Positions 40,112 through 51,989 of a DNA stretch of 64,000 nt are shown here, piece after piece (the stretch's first letter is position 1; every line of letters starts with the position of its first letter). The translations under genes and the position numbers were made by a program. Source of the stretch: Eledone cirrhosa. Taxonomy: Eukaryota. The DNA lies in assembly GCA_964016885.1 (NCBI GenBank), contig OZ024742.1, positions 307,458,001-307,522,000 on the forward strand. Reading direction: 5' to 3'. The notes under the pieces were generated by a model. The model was not told the origin of the DNA and searched no databases. It saw nothing but the letters and a program-made list of their open reading frames with translations.

Positions 40112-43100
40112 ACAGTTGCATTATGTTCATACGAGTTATCACCAAGTCACAACCAGTGACCTCAAGAGACAACAAGGTCCGCCATGTTCAAGAAAGAACA
40201 TACTTACACACACATGCATCTTTAAGTGTTTAGACTTGTGATGTACTTATATTGACAGAATCTTCCTTAGTATATGGGCAGTTCCCATTAGTACTATCTT
40301 TTGTATTTCTCCTATACGCGGGTTTGCTGGGATTTGCGATAAGTAATCATTAGACCCCGTAGGTATCATTCCTAGAGCGCCTACAACCACTGGTATTGTT
40401 TTAGTTCTCAATTTCCACATTTTTCCAATTTCTATCTCCAGGTCCTTATACTTGCTCAATTCTTCAAATGTTTTTATAGATACATTCTTGTCTATTGGAA
40501 CGGAGATATCAATTAGCAAGCATACCCTCTTTTTAAAGTCCTTCAGTATTATATCAGGTCTATTTGCATCTATTTTTCGGTCTGTTTGGATGCTAAAGTT
40601 CCACAAGATTGAGATGTGATCTTTTTCAAGTATGGGAGGTGGTTGATGCTCCCACCAATTCTTTTGATGGAGCAGGTCAAAATGCTCACACATCCAATGC
40701 AATGTATGTATTGTGCAGCTCTGTCATGCCTGTTTAGGTATTCGGTTGGAGCTATAGGACTGCACATTGAATTATATGATCAATTATATGATCAATGGTC
40801 TCTGGTTGTTTTTTACATACACGGCATAATGGGTTGCATCCATTTTTTATTTTGTTGGCTTGGTAAATTTTGTTGGCAGACACTGATCTTGTGCTGATAT
40901 AATCAGTCCTTCAGTCTCCGATTTCAGTCCAGAGGATGCCAACCACTGATGGGGTAAAGTTTTGTCAACATCAGGATTGTTAGCTCTTTCTGGGTATTTT
41001 CCATACAGATGCTTTTCTTGCCATTTCTTAGCCAGTTTCTGTAGCAGTTCTTTCTTTGCAGTTACTTTTACCTGCTTTGCTTTTTCTGTGTTTTTCATTT
41101 CAGCAGTAAATGGAACTTCTGAAATTTGTAGTCCATTACTGTATCTTTGTGCATCTTTTATAATGGAGTAACATCTTTTGATGCTTTCGTGTTTCAAAAC
41201 GAGTTTGATCATCCAATCCTGTGATTCCCTTAGATATGTAGATAATCCAGTTGTTGCAGTTTTCAACGCAATATATAACTGGATTAACCCACCTCCTACT
41301 TTCCTAGGGAGATATATTCTATCTGTATCTGCCTTAGGGTGATGCATTCTGTGCATGGTTAAGAATTTTCTAATTTTTGTATCGAGCCTACAGATCTCTG
41401 TCCTTGACCAGTTGATGACATTGTAACTGTAGGTTACTACTGGTATGGCAAGCGTGTTTATGGCATCGATCCTATTCCTTGCATTCAATTCCGTTCTTAA
41501 GATTGCTCTTACTCTGCGGTAACATTCCTTCCTTATCCTTTCCCTCATTGTCAAGTGCTTGATTCCGTCTCCTTCACAAACACCTAGATATTTGTAAGTT
41601 TCCTCTTGATCAAGTTCTCTTATCACATTTCCCCGATCAAGATTAATGTTTGAACTTTTTCAGCAGCTTTCCACTGGTGAACGTTGCTTTGGCGCATTTA
41701 TCTAGTCCAAACTCCATTTTAATGTCATCACTGAACTGCTCCACAGTGGATAATAGCCCTTGCAATTGTTCATCATTTTTTGCAAATAGTTTCAGGTCAT
41801 CCATGTAGAACAAGTGACTAATGGTTTCGTCATAGACTTTATGTCCATGTTTTGTTTCATTGAGTATTTTACTTAATGGTATAAGTGCGATGTAGAATAA
41901 AAGCGGTGATAAAGGGTCGCCCTGAAAAATTCCACAATTAATATTAACTTCTCCAGCTTCCAGTGATTTCTTTTCAATATTTAGGAGTTTTCCATGTCTT
42001 CATACTGAATGACAGGAACCTCCTGACAACGGGAGATATTTTGAAAATCTCTAAACATATTTCAATCCAACTGTGTGGCAAACTATCGAATGCTTTTTTT
42101 ATAATCTATCCAAGCAATAGATAGATTTTTGTGTCTATTATGACAATCTTCCAGTATCATTTTGTTAACCAAAAGCTGATCTTGACAGCCATATGAGCCT
42201 CGTTTACACCCTTTCTGCTCATTGGGAAATAAATCATTTGTTATCAGGTGGTCATATGTATATTCAGTTCGGACTGATGTTAAAATGTTATACATTGTGG
42301 TCAAGCAAGTTATCGGTCTGTAATTTTTGGGATTGTTTGTCTCCTCATTCTTCGGAAGTAGGCATGTAATGCCTTTAACTAGCAATGATGGTATCTTTTC
42401 TGGCTCCTTAACTATTTCATTGTAAAGGCATTTATCCAAAAATTTGGTATTTTGTCTTTTCCTGGGGATTTCCATTTGCTGGTTTTTCAAGAGCCAAACG
42501 CAACTGTTCAACTGTTATACTTTCCCATGTTTGTTCCTCAAGGTAAGCTGTACCTTTCATTTGTCTGTCTATCCATGGGGCATGTATATTATGAACTTTT
42601 CCTTCGGCCCAGATCTTTTCCCAGAATTCTTGCACTTCCTCCTTGGGTGGTATTGATTTAGCAGTTATTGTTGACTTGCCAATTTTTCTGTAGAAGTTTC
42701 TTTGGTTGTTTTTGAACATATTATTGTCCTTATAGAATCTAGATCGTTTTTCAAAGCGCCTTATACTAGCAGCTTTGGCTGACACTTTTTGTTTGATTAT
42801 TTCTATCAGCATGTCTATGTCAATTGTTGATTTTATACTGATTTTCTTGTCAATTTTAAAGTTTAGTTTCTTTAACATGTTCACCTTCTTTGTAGTTTGT
42901 TAAAATTTCTATGTCAGATCGGAGAAGGTTTATTTGGCGATTGTTGTTCTCTTTCCAAGTAGATTTCTTGTGGGAATTCCTTTGTTTTTTCATTTTCACT
43001 CCACATAAGTGAGTGGTGACTTTAGCCGATGCATAATAAAGATGATTTAGATCAGTAATGTTTAGTTTGTTTGTGATGATAATGTTTTTGAGAATTATGT

Positions 43101-44030
43101 TAGTCTTGTGTATTATCTTTTGGTTCTGTTTGGAGTTCTGGATCTTAGGGAGAGTGTTTCGTTCCCCCATGTCAGATTCTTTCATTTTCATCCATTCGAT
43201 CATAATTTCATCCTTCAAGTTGGCAAGTTCATTCTCATTCATTTCTTTATCATTTATGGTCTCATTATTTTCATTTTGAGTTTCATCTTGAGCATGCACT
43301 CTCTCCACTTTTCCGATGCTTTCTTTAATTTGTTCCGCTGTCAGTGATTCCGCCCCAACCCTGGGATTCGAAGTGTTACAATTTACCTCGTTTTCACTGA
43401 CACATGTTTCATTTTCCCTTCGCTGGCACCTGTGCTAATAGCTTGATCTGAACAATTTCTATATCAGTTAGTAACTATTTTTTAACAATATTTCTTCGTA
43501 TATTGACTAGTTTGTTACTGTCAATATAGCCTCTATTTTCGGGATGTTTCTTTTTCCAGTTGATATATGTCTGTTCTGTATTCGATCTATTTGATGGGTA
43601 GTACATGGGAGTGTAGAAAGCCTCAAGGACTTCTTTATTGTCTTGCTTTGACCATTTTTCTCTCTTTTTCTTTGGATTCCTTGGTGGTGAGAATGGAAGG
43701 CCAACAGTAGGAGTATTCCGGTTATGGGAGGTCTCCAGCTCAGAAGTGATGGGAAGGTTTGAACCATTAGCTGATTTTTCGACCCCAGTCTGTTTCCTCT
43801 CTGAGGGACGCAGCCCTTTTTGACCCGCGTAGCGGCCGATCCGGTATGAGATTTTATCATTTGACATTTACTTTATTTAGTCGCGTTTTATCCTTAACCT
43901 TCAAGGGGTAATCATTTCGTGTTACCACTTCTAGGACGAGTGTCAACCAAGACTAGAGGGGTCGTCCTCCTCTAGAGACACGGCTATACCCCGCCGGCCG
44001 CCATCCCGGTATTTCTTGGTCATGGGGTTT
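40112..44030 (-). mobile_element. near full-length, decayed R4/Dong-clade non-LTR retrotransposon (copy 1)
   Basis: Fragmented ORF from ATG 43867 to stop 40247: N-terminal region, NYRPITCL, WIDYKK, FYMDD, YKYLG, RHD, NRPDII...[14 protein letters not shown]. Many frameshifts. The 3' end lies in (TAA)n. Confidence 0.93.
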
Positions 44031-44183
44031 TCTTTTTTTGTTGTTTTTTAAATTGTTATTATCATGAGTGGTTCCTTAATGTGAGCATTGCATGGCTTAA
44101 GAATGAAATTATTATTAATAATATAATACACTTTTTGTTGAAGTTGCCTGTTGTTGTTGGCTATGTCGCAACAACAGGCAACT

Positions 44184-44215
<32 letters not shown>

Positions 44216-46357
44216 GTTATTTGCATTTATCTTGCTTTATGTTTATACGAGTTATCACCAAGTCACAACCAGTGACCTCAAGAGACAACAAGGTCCGCCA
44301 TGTTCAAGAAAGAACACACATATTCACACATGCATCCTTAGTGTTTAGACTTGTGATGTACTTATATTGACAGGATCTTCCTTAGTATATGGGCAGTTCC
44401 CATTAGTACTATCTTTTGTATTTCTCCTATACGCGGGTTTCCTGGGATTTGCGATAAGTAGTCGTTAGACCCCTTAGGTATCATTCCCAGAGCGCCTACA
44501 ACCACTGGTATTGTTTTAGTTCCCAATTTCCACATTTTTCCAATTTCTATCTCCAGGTCCTTATACTTGCTCAATTTTTCAAATGTTTTTATAGATACAT
44601 TCTTGTCTATTGGAACAGACATATCAATTAGCAGGCATACCCTCCTTTGAAAGTCCTTCAATATTATATCAGGTCTATTTGCATCTATTTTTCGGTCTGT
44701 TTGGATGCTAAAGTTCCACAAGATTGAGATGTGATCTTTTTCAAGTATGGGAGGTGGTTGATGCTCCCACCAATTCTTTTGATGGGGCAGGTCAAAATGC
44801 TTGCACATTATCCAATGTATGTATTGTGCAGCTCTGTCATGCCTGTTTAGGTATTCGGTTGGAGCTATAGGACTGCACATTGAAATTATATGGTCAATGG
44901 TCTCTGGTTGTTTTTTGCATACACGGCATAATGGGCTGCACCCATTTTTTATTATGTTGGCTTGGTAATTTTTTGTTGGCAGACACTGATCTTGTGCGGA
45001 TATAATCAGTCCTTCAGTCTCCGATTTCAGTCCAGAGGATGCCAACCACTGATGGGTTAAAGTTTTGTCAACATCAGGATTGTTAGCTCGCTCTGGGTAT
45101 TTTCCATACAGAGGCTTTTCTTGCCATTTCTTAGCCAGTTTCTGTAGCAGTTCTTTCTTTGCAGTTACTTTTACCTGCTTTGCTTTTTCTGTGTTTTCCA
45201 TTTCAGCAGTAAATGGGACTTCTGAAATTTGTAGTCCATTACTGTATCTTTGTGCATCTTTTGTAATGGAATATGATCTTTTGGTGCTTTCGTGTTTCAA
45301 AACGAGTTTGATCATCCAATCATGTGATTCCCTTAGATATGTGGATAATCCAATTGTTGCAGTTTTCAACGCAATGTCTAACTGGATTAACCCACGTCCT
45401 CCTTCTTTCCCAGGGAGATATATTCTATCTATGTCTGCCTTAGGGTGATGCATTCTGTGCATGGTTAAGAATTTTCGGATTTTTGTATCGAGCCTACGGA
45501 TCTCTGTGCTTGACCAGTTGATGACATTGTAACTGTAGGTTACTACTGGTATGGCAAGCGTGTTTATGGCATCGATCCTATTCCTTGCATTCAATTCCGT
45601 TCTTAAGATTGCTCTGACTCTGCGGTAACATTCCTTCCTTATCCTTTCCCTCATTGTCGAGTGCTTGATTCCGTCTCCTTCACAAACACCTAGATATTTG
45701 TAAGTTTGTTCTTGATCAAGCTCTCTTATCACGTTCCCCCGATCAAGATTAATGTCTGAACTCTTCAGCAGCTTTCCTCTGGTGAACGTTGCTTTGGCGC
45801 ATTTATCCAGTCCAAACTCCATTTTAATGTCATCACTGAACTGCTTCACAGTGGATAATAGCCCTTGCAATTGTTCATCATTTTTTGCAAATAGTTTCAG
45901 GTCATCCATGTAGAACAGGTGATTAATGGTTTTGTCATAGACTCTATATCCATGTTTTGTTTCATTGAGCATTTTACTTAATGGTATAAGTGCGATGCAG
46001 AATAAAAGCGGTGATAAAGAGTCACCCTGAAAAATTCCACAATTAATGTTAACTTCTCCAGCTTCCAGTGATTTTGTTTCACTATTCAAAAGGAGTGTCG
46101 TTCTCCATGTCCTCATACTGAATGACAAAAACCTCCTGATAACGGGGGATATTTTGAAAATCTCTAAACATTTTTCAATCCAACTGTGTGGCAAACTATC
46201 GAATGCTTTTTTATAATCTATCCAAGCAATCGATAGATTTTTGTGTCTATTATGACAATCTTCCAGTATCATTTTGTTAACCAGAAGCTGATCCTTACAG
46301 CCATATGAGCCTCGTTTACACCCTTTCTGCTCAATGGGAAATAGGTCATTTTGGTTA
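44216..46357 (-). mobile_element. 5'-truncated R4/Dong element (copy 2, same family as copy 1)
   Basis: Closely similar to copy 1 including the 3' UTR. Followed by (TAA)n at 44186-44215. Confidence 0.95.
44362..46357 (-). CDS. uninterrupted partial ORF: RT, CCHC zinc knuckle, PD-(D/E)xK restriction-like endonuclease
   Basis: [52 protein letters not shown]. The first ~10 codons of the 674-aa track ORF come from the 3' UTR of the neighbouring element. Confidence 0.9.
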
Positions 46358-48878
46358 ACTGGAAAGTCCGTTGGATTGAATATCAAGCCACTACCTGCAG
46401 CCTCAGATATTCAGGACGTATCGGAGGGTTCTTGCTGTTCCAAGCAAGCATGCCTTTTGAAGCGTTCCAAAAAGCGTGAAGGGGCCGATTTTCTTTAACC
46501 ATCCCTGGAAACCTTTGGAGATAGTCCCCAGTGCGCCTATGACAATCGGGATCACTTTGACTTCATGGCAGTTCCAAATCCTTTTCACCTCCCACTTTAG
46601 GTCCTGGTATCGGTTAATTTTCTCCCTCTCCTTCTCTTGCACTCTCGTGTCGAACGGGCAGGCCACATCCACAATCAGGCACGATCTTTTTTCTTTGTCC
46701 ATAACCACCAGGTCAGGTCTATTGTGTTCCAGTTTTTTGTCCGTCTGTATCCTAAAATCCCACAGCACCTTCACCTGACTGTTCTCCATCACCGCCTCTG
46801 GCCTATGCTCATACCATTTCTCAGAATGTGGTAGATTGTTTACTTTGCACAGGTGCCAGTGGATCACCCTGCCCATCACATCGTGTCTCCAGCCCTTATA
46901 GTGGGTCTGGGCTAGGTGTTTACACTCGGACACAATGTGAGCCACAGTCTCCTCTCTCTCTCCACAGATCCTGCACAGTGGGCTAGCCTCCTCCTTGTTG
47001 ATATGGTGCTTCAACCACTTCGTTTTGAGGGCCTGCTCCTGCGCAGCCATTAGCATTCCTTCTGTAGCCTTTTTGAGGTCTCCTCTTCTCAATCAGTTCC
47101 ATGTCTGTGGATCTCTAAATTCAGTTTTCTCAAAGAAGGTACTATGAAGGGATTTTCCCTTAAGGCTGCTCTTCCTCCTTGATGTTATTTCCTCCTTGGA
47201 CATCCCCTGGCCTACTGTCCCCTCCTTCAGTACAGTTCTGAGCATTGGCTCCTTACTATAGGTCACGTATTTGTATAGGTTGTTTTTCTCCATCTGAACA
47301 CAGTCCTCTATGCTGATAAGACCTCTTCCACCCTCAGATCTCCTTAGGTAGAGTCTATCGACATCACTCCTCTTGTGGAACATGTTGTAGATAGTCAATA
47401 GCTTCCTAGTCTTCCTATCCATTTCTTTTTGTTCAGCAACATTCCATCTCAGAATTCCCGCACTGTACCTAATAATAGACACAGCTCGGGAATTTACTGC
47501 GCTTATGGCATTTCTGCTGTTCAGATGTGACTTCAATACGCTCCTTACTCTCCGAATGTATTCAGTTCTTAACAATTCCTTCATTTTTTTGTTCTTTATG
47601 CCATCAGCCTCCAGAACGCCCAAATACTTGTATCCTTCCTCAGAGTCAATTTCCTTTATCATCTCACCTGTTGGTATCTGGATCCCGTTACTTCTGCTCA
47701 ACCTACCCCTCTTCATCACAATGACTCCACATTTACCAATACCAAACTGCATACATATATCACTGCTGAAAATACGGACAGTGTCAACAAGCACATCCAA
47801 CTCCTTCTCACTTTTCCCGAAGAGCTTAAGATCGTCCATGAAGAGGAGGTGATTGATGGTAAGCTCTCCCCTTCCCAACTTGTATCCTGCTCTCACTTTT
47901 CGCAGCATAATGGTCAAGGGCATCAGGGCAAGGACAAACAACAGAGGGGACAGGCTATCTCCCTGGAAGATACCACTCTTGATCTTTACGCTTCCCAAGG
48001 ATACTCCAGTTGATGTCAACTCTGTCTCCCAGGACCCCATACTCCTGCCCAGCAACTGTCTGATGTTATCTGCCACCCTGAAGACCTCCAGGCTTTTGGT
48101 GATCCAGGAATGAGGCACCATGTCAAATGCCTTTCTGTAGTCTATCCATCCCATGGCAAGATCAGTGTGTCTCCTCCTGCAATTCCCCATTACCATCTTA
48201 TCAATAAGCAACTGGTCCTTTGTACCACGTGACTTCTTTCGGCATCCTTTCTGTTCGTCCGGTAACAAGTTGTTTGTGTGGAGGTGATGGTAGATTTCCT
48301 CAGACACAATGCTCGTCAACAGTTTCCACATTACGGGCAGACATGTGATAGGTCTATAGTTGGTAACATCATTACCCTTCATTCGGTCTTTCATTATCAG
48401 AACTGTGGTACCTTTTGTCAACCACTCTGGCACCTCACCCGACACCAAGCAGTCATTGAACATGGCCGTCAGCTTCGGGTGGAGGGATGTTAAATGTTTA
48501 ATCCAATACCCCTGCACACCATCTGGGCCTGGTGATTTCCAGTTGGTTAGTTTTTTGGCTTGCCCCTTAAGAGTTTCAACTGTGATACTCAAATCAGTCT
48601 GTTGTTGTGCCTTCTCACCGATCTCCCTCTGTACTGTCTCAATCCACCCTGCCTGGGCATTGTGTCTAACATCCTGCTCCCATATTCCTCTGCAGAATGT
48701 TTTAGCTTGTTCCGCCCCAGGGATCAAGTCGTTGCCTCTTTCTTTCCCCTCAAGCTGTCCAAACAGCATCTTCTGGTTGTTGTCGAACATGCGGTTCTGT
48801 TTATACTGACTGACTCTGTTCTCGTATCGCCTGATTTTGGCACTCTTTGCTACAATGCGTTGCTTCAATTCCTCTATG
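46358..48878 (-). mobile_element. 5'-truncated R4/Dong element of a different family (copy 3)
   Basis: Single reading frame 48878-46403 with RT (LFMDD), CRIC...H...C, RHD and RPD. One in-frame TGA at 47093-47095. The 5' end abuts (TAA)n at 48879-48977. Confidence 0.95.
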
Positions 48879-48977
<99 letters not shown>

Positions 48978-49819
48978 GTGTATTTGACACCGGAGTTAAA
49001 TGCTTTTCGGCATCTTTCATTCATTTATCTTGTTGGCATCGGTTGGTTTTTACTTTGCTTGAGGTGTGCATTCATTCTAATAGTGACAGTTTTATAATTG
49101 GCTTTTACTTGTACTTGACCTCTGCCAACCAATTTCATTTTATACATAGCTTATGGACATCTGCCTCTGGCTGATGTCTATGAGACATCGTGATGAGTTT
49201 GCTGCCATTGCAGACCAAATTCACTCTATTACTGAGATTCAATTCAATGCTAACGATACTTGTCAACGAACGAGCTTCAATGGTGTTCAGTCTTTCTTTG
49301 TTTTTCTTGTTATTTTGAATTAACCTATTCGCCAACAACAAATTTCCCTTGACGACTGTATATTCAGATAACGATTTTTAATTTTGCTTTCTTTAATTTG
49401 GTTATAGATTAACATCTTTGAATTCTCTGCAGAGCTTAATATCATTTAATATATATCCTATAAGATCATAGTTGAATTGCTGGGTACTTGTTCAATAATG
49501 TACTGTTCTGTTGTGTTTTGACTATTCTTGTTTCTTTCTGCTTTAGTTAACCTGGACCATGTAGTTATCTAAAGAAACAAGGGAAAAAATTCGACGTTTT
49601 TTACAACCTAGTGACTCATTTTACTCTTTTCACACACTGGATAGCGATTTATGCGGGGACGTCCCCTTCAAGATTTTAGTTTTTAGTCACAGTATCTATT
49701 TCACCCTGATACTTATTCTATAGATCTCTATTTACAGAACAGCTATGTTATGCGACATAAAATAACATAGAATTTTAGAGCAATTATTACATAAATAGTG
49801 ACACAGACACACACCAATG

Positions 49820-49852
<33 letters not shown>

Positions 49853-49857
<5 letters not shown>

Positions 49858-50151
49858 AAAAGAGAAAACACAGGTAAGCATTAAAAAAAGGATTTTATCC
49901 AGGCATTTACGACTGTTTCATTGGTAAATGCAACCATATATTGCTATACTGCAAATAGCAGCCACTCAATAATAATTGTTGTTCACCTCCAAATTTTCAA
50001 AATATTGAATAAGTTACTCGTAAAAGGTTCTTAATATATAAAAAAACAATTTTTTGGAATTGTATATACTACTATAGAGAGAGAGGAAGGGGGAGAAGAA
50101 TTAGGAAGCAGAGGGACAAACGGAGTAGTATGAGAAGAATTAGGAAATAGA
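49853..50151 (-). mobile_element. Naiad-type pLTR fragment
   Basis: Direct copy of ~51990-52310, adjacent to (TA)n. Confidence 0.85.
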
Positions 50152-50542
50152 GTTTTGTTTTTTGTCCTGCAGGGTGTCCCAAATCACCCTCCTCATCAAG
50201 TAAACTTGGTGGGGTTGCCGGTTTAGTCGCCGACGATCCGACCATGCGACAGGTTCTACTGGGTTACATGCTACCAGTAGCACTCAAGAGTGACCTGACA
50301 TTGGCCAAGAAACAACACAAAAACCACTTTTACAGACATACACACACATAACCACACCCACACGTAAGCACACATTCACATATATGCATGAAGTACATCT
50401 GATACTAAAGAAAAGGGCACACGGTAGAACATTTCCATAAAACACATGAATTCGATCTAGAACTTATTGCCTGTGCATTGGCCAGGAAAACAAGATGAAT
50501 TGTCAATATTGAGATTGTTTCAATGTTCACCTCATTTGTTTT

Positions 50543-50578
<36 letters not shown>

Positions 50579-51989
50579 CTCTCTTGCGCTCTTGTTCTCT
50601 TTTTCTCTCTGTGTGTGTCTCTCTCTCTCTCTGATTCAAAATGAAGATATTTATATGGATAATGCTATAAATCTATGTAATTAATTAATTTAATACCTTC
50701 TCTTCCATTATTAATTTTGGATAAAATACGTAATACCTACCTGAAATAGGTACAGAAGTTAATATGATCAAATAAAGCCATTGGGGGTCATACCACATCA
50801 TGACCGAAATCATATCGTTGAGAGATGCTGAAGAGTAAAAGAATGTATTACGCGACAGTCTTCCATTCTTTCAAAGTCAGCAAAATTGATGCAAGTAATG
50901 TAAGTAATATACAAGGAGGTTATTCGATCACCTTTGGCTCTGTAAGAAAATTAATGTGGTTGGCCGTTACTTAAATAAGAAACAATATATTTATAGGATT
51001 AAGCAAAGTGCCGTTGGTTAATCTAGCATATCATTCTGCCGGATTGATAGAGCTATATATATATATATATTAATTGATGTGCGTAATTCTTCTTTGTCGA
51101 TTCTCTTAATTGATTATTCATTATAACACTTTGGAAATAATTACCACCTCGTCTGTGAATTAATGGCACTAATAATTAATTTCACACACACATACATATA
51201 TGAAGTAAATATTTTCAGGAAATGGTGGAAATATTCAGCAAAGTCATTTGGAAAGGAGGATATCATTGTTCGTTTTGTTTTTAAATATATACTAAAATAT
51301 ATAATGTTTTACAATTTTTCTTCTCCAAGCACATTTGAACACAACATTACTGCATTCCTCTATAATGAAATATTTATTGAATATATATCTCAGCGTTCTC
51401 ATAGCAGATATTTATGATTCATTATGCTACACATTTAATAACAATGTAACTCAACACCAATTATCAAATGTGAAATGTAACTATTTCCTGAAACAGTGAA
51501 CAGTTCTTTCGAGACGTTTTCTGTAGCTGTTCTTCCAATTCAGAAAATTTCTTCATTTAGCAATCTCAATACGAATAATTTATTTTTTAATGTTCGGAAG
51601 TTTAATAGAGCATGATTTGTGATAATATAAAAAAAAATGGTTATGCCTTATAAATTATGATTAACTCAAGATCAAACATTGAAAATATCTTCATAGCAGC
51701 AAGCAAGGCTGTGTATTTAATAATTTGCTTTGTAAGCAGGTTTTGCCAGGTTCGATCCAACATCGTAATTCTTTCGTTGTCACTTTACTGTGGTATTGGG
51801 GTGACCCATGTCTTCGAAATAGGATTCAGTCGATGCAACTGTTCAGATATCTGTCATATATATATATATATATAGTTAGGGAAGCAGAACATTCGTGGTT
51901 AAGATAGCCAGTTTCATGGACGGTTTCAACGTACAGTTAGGGGTAACTCCACACGTTTGTAAGAATAAAGTTCAATCTTGGAGTATAAA

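Noticed and set aside
46358-46386. Genuine start of the 674-aa ORF or a fusion of copies 2 and 3
   Set aside because: The TTG start lies in the 3' UTR of copy 3 after its stop codon, so it is a chance in-frame junction with the truncated copy 2.
47093-47095. Programmed readthrough or selenocysteine at the in-frame TGA of copy 3
   Set aside because: The position aligns with the Trp of copy 2 (HQWL), so a TGG-to-TGA point mutation is the simplest explanation.
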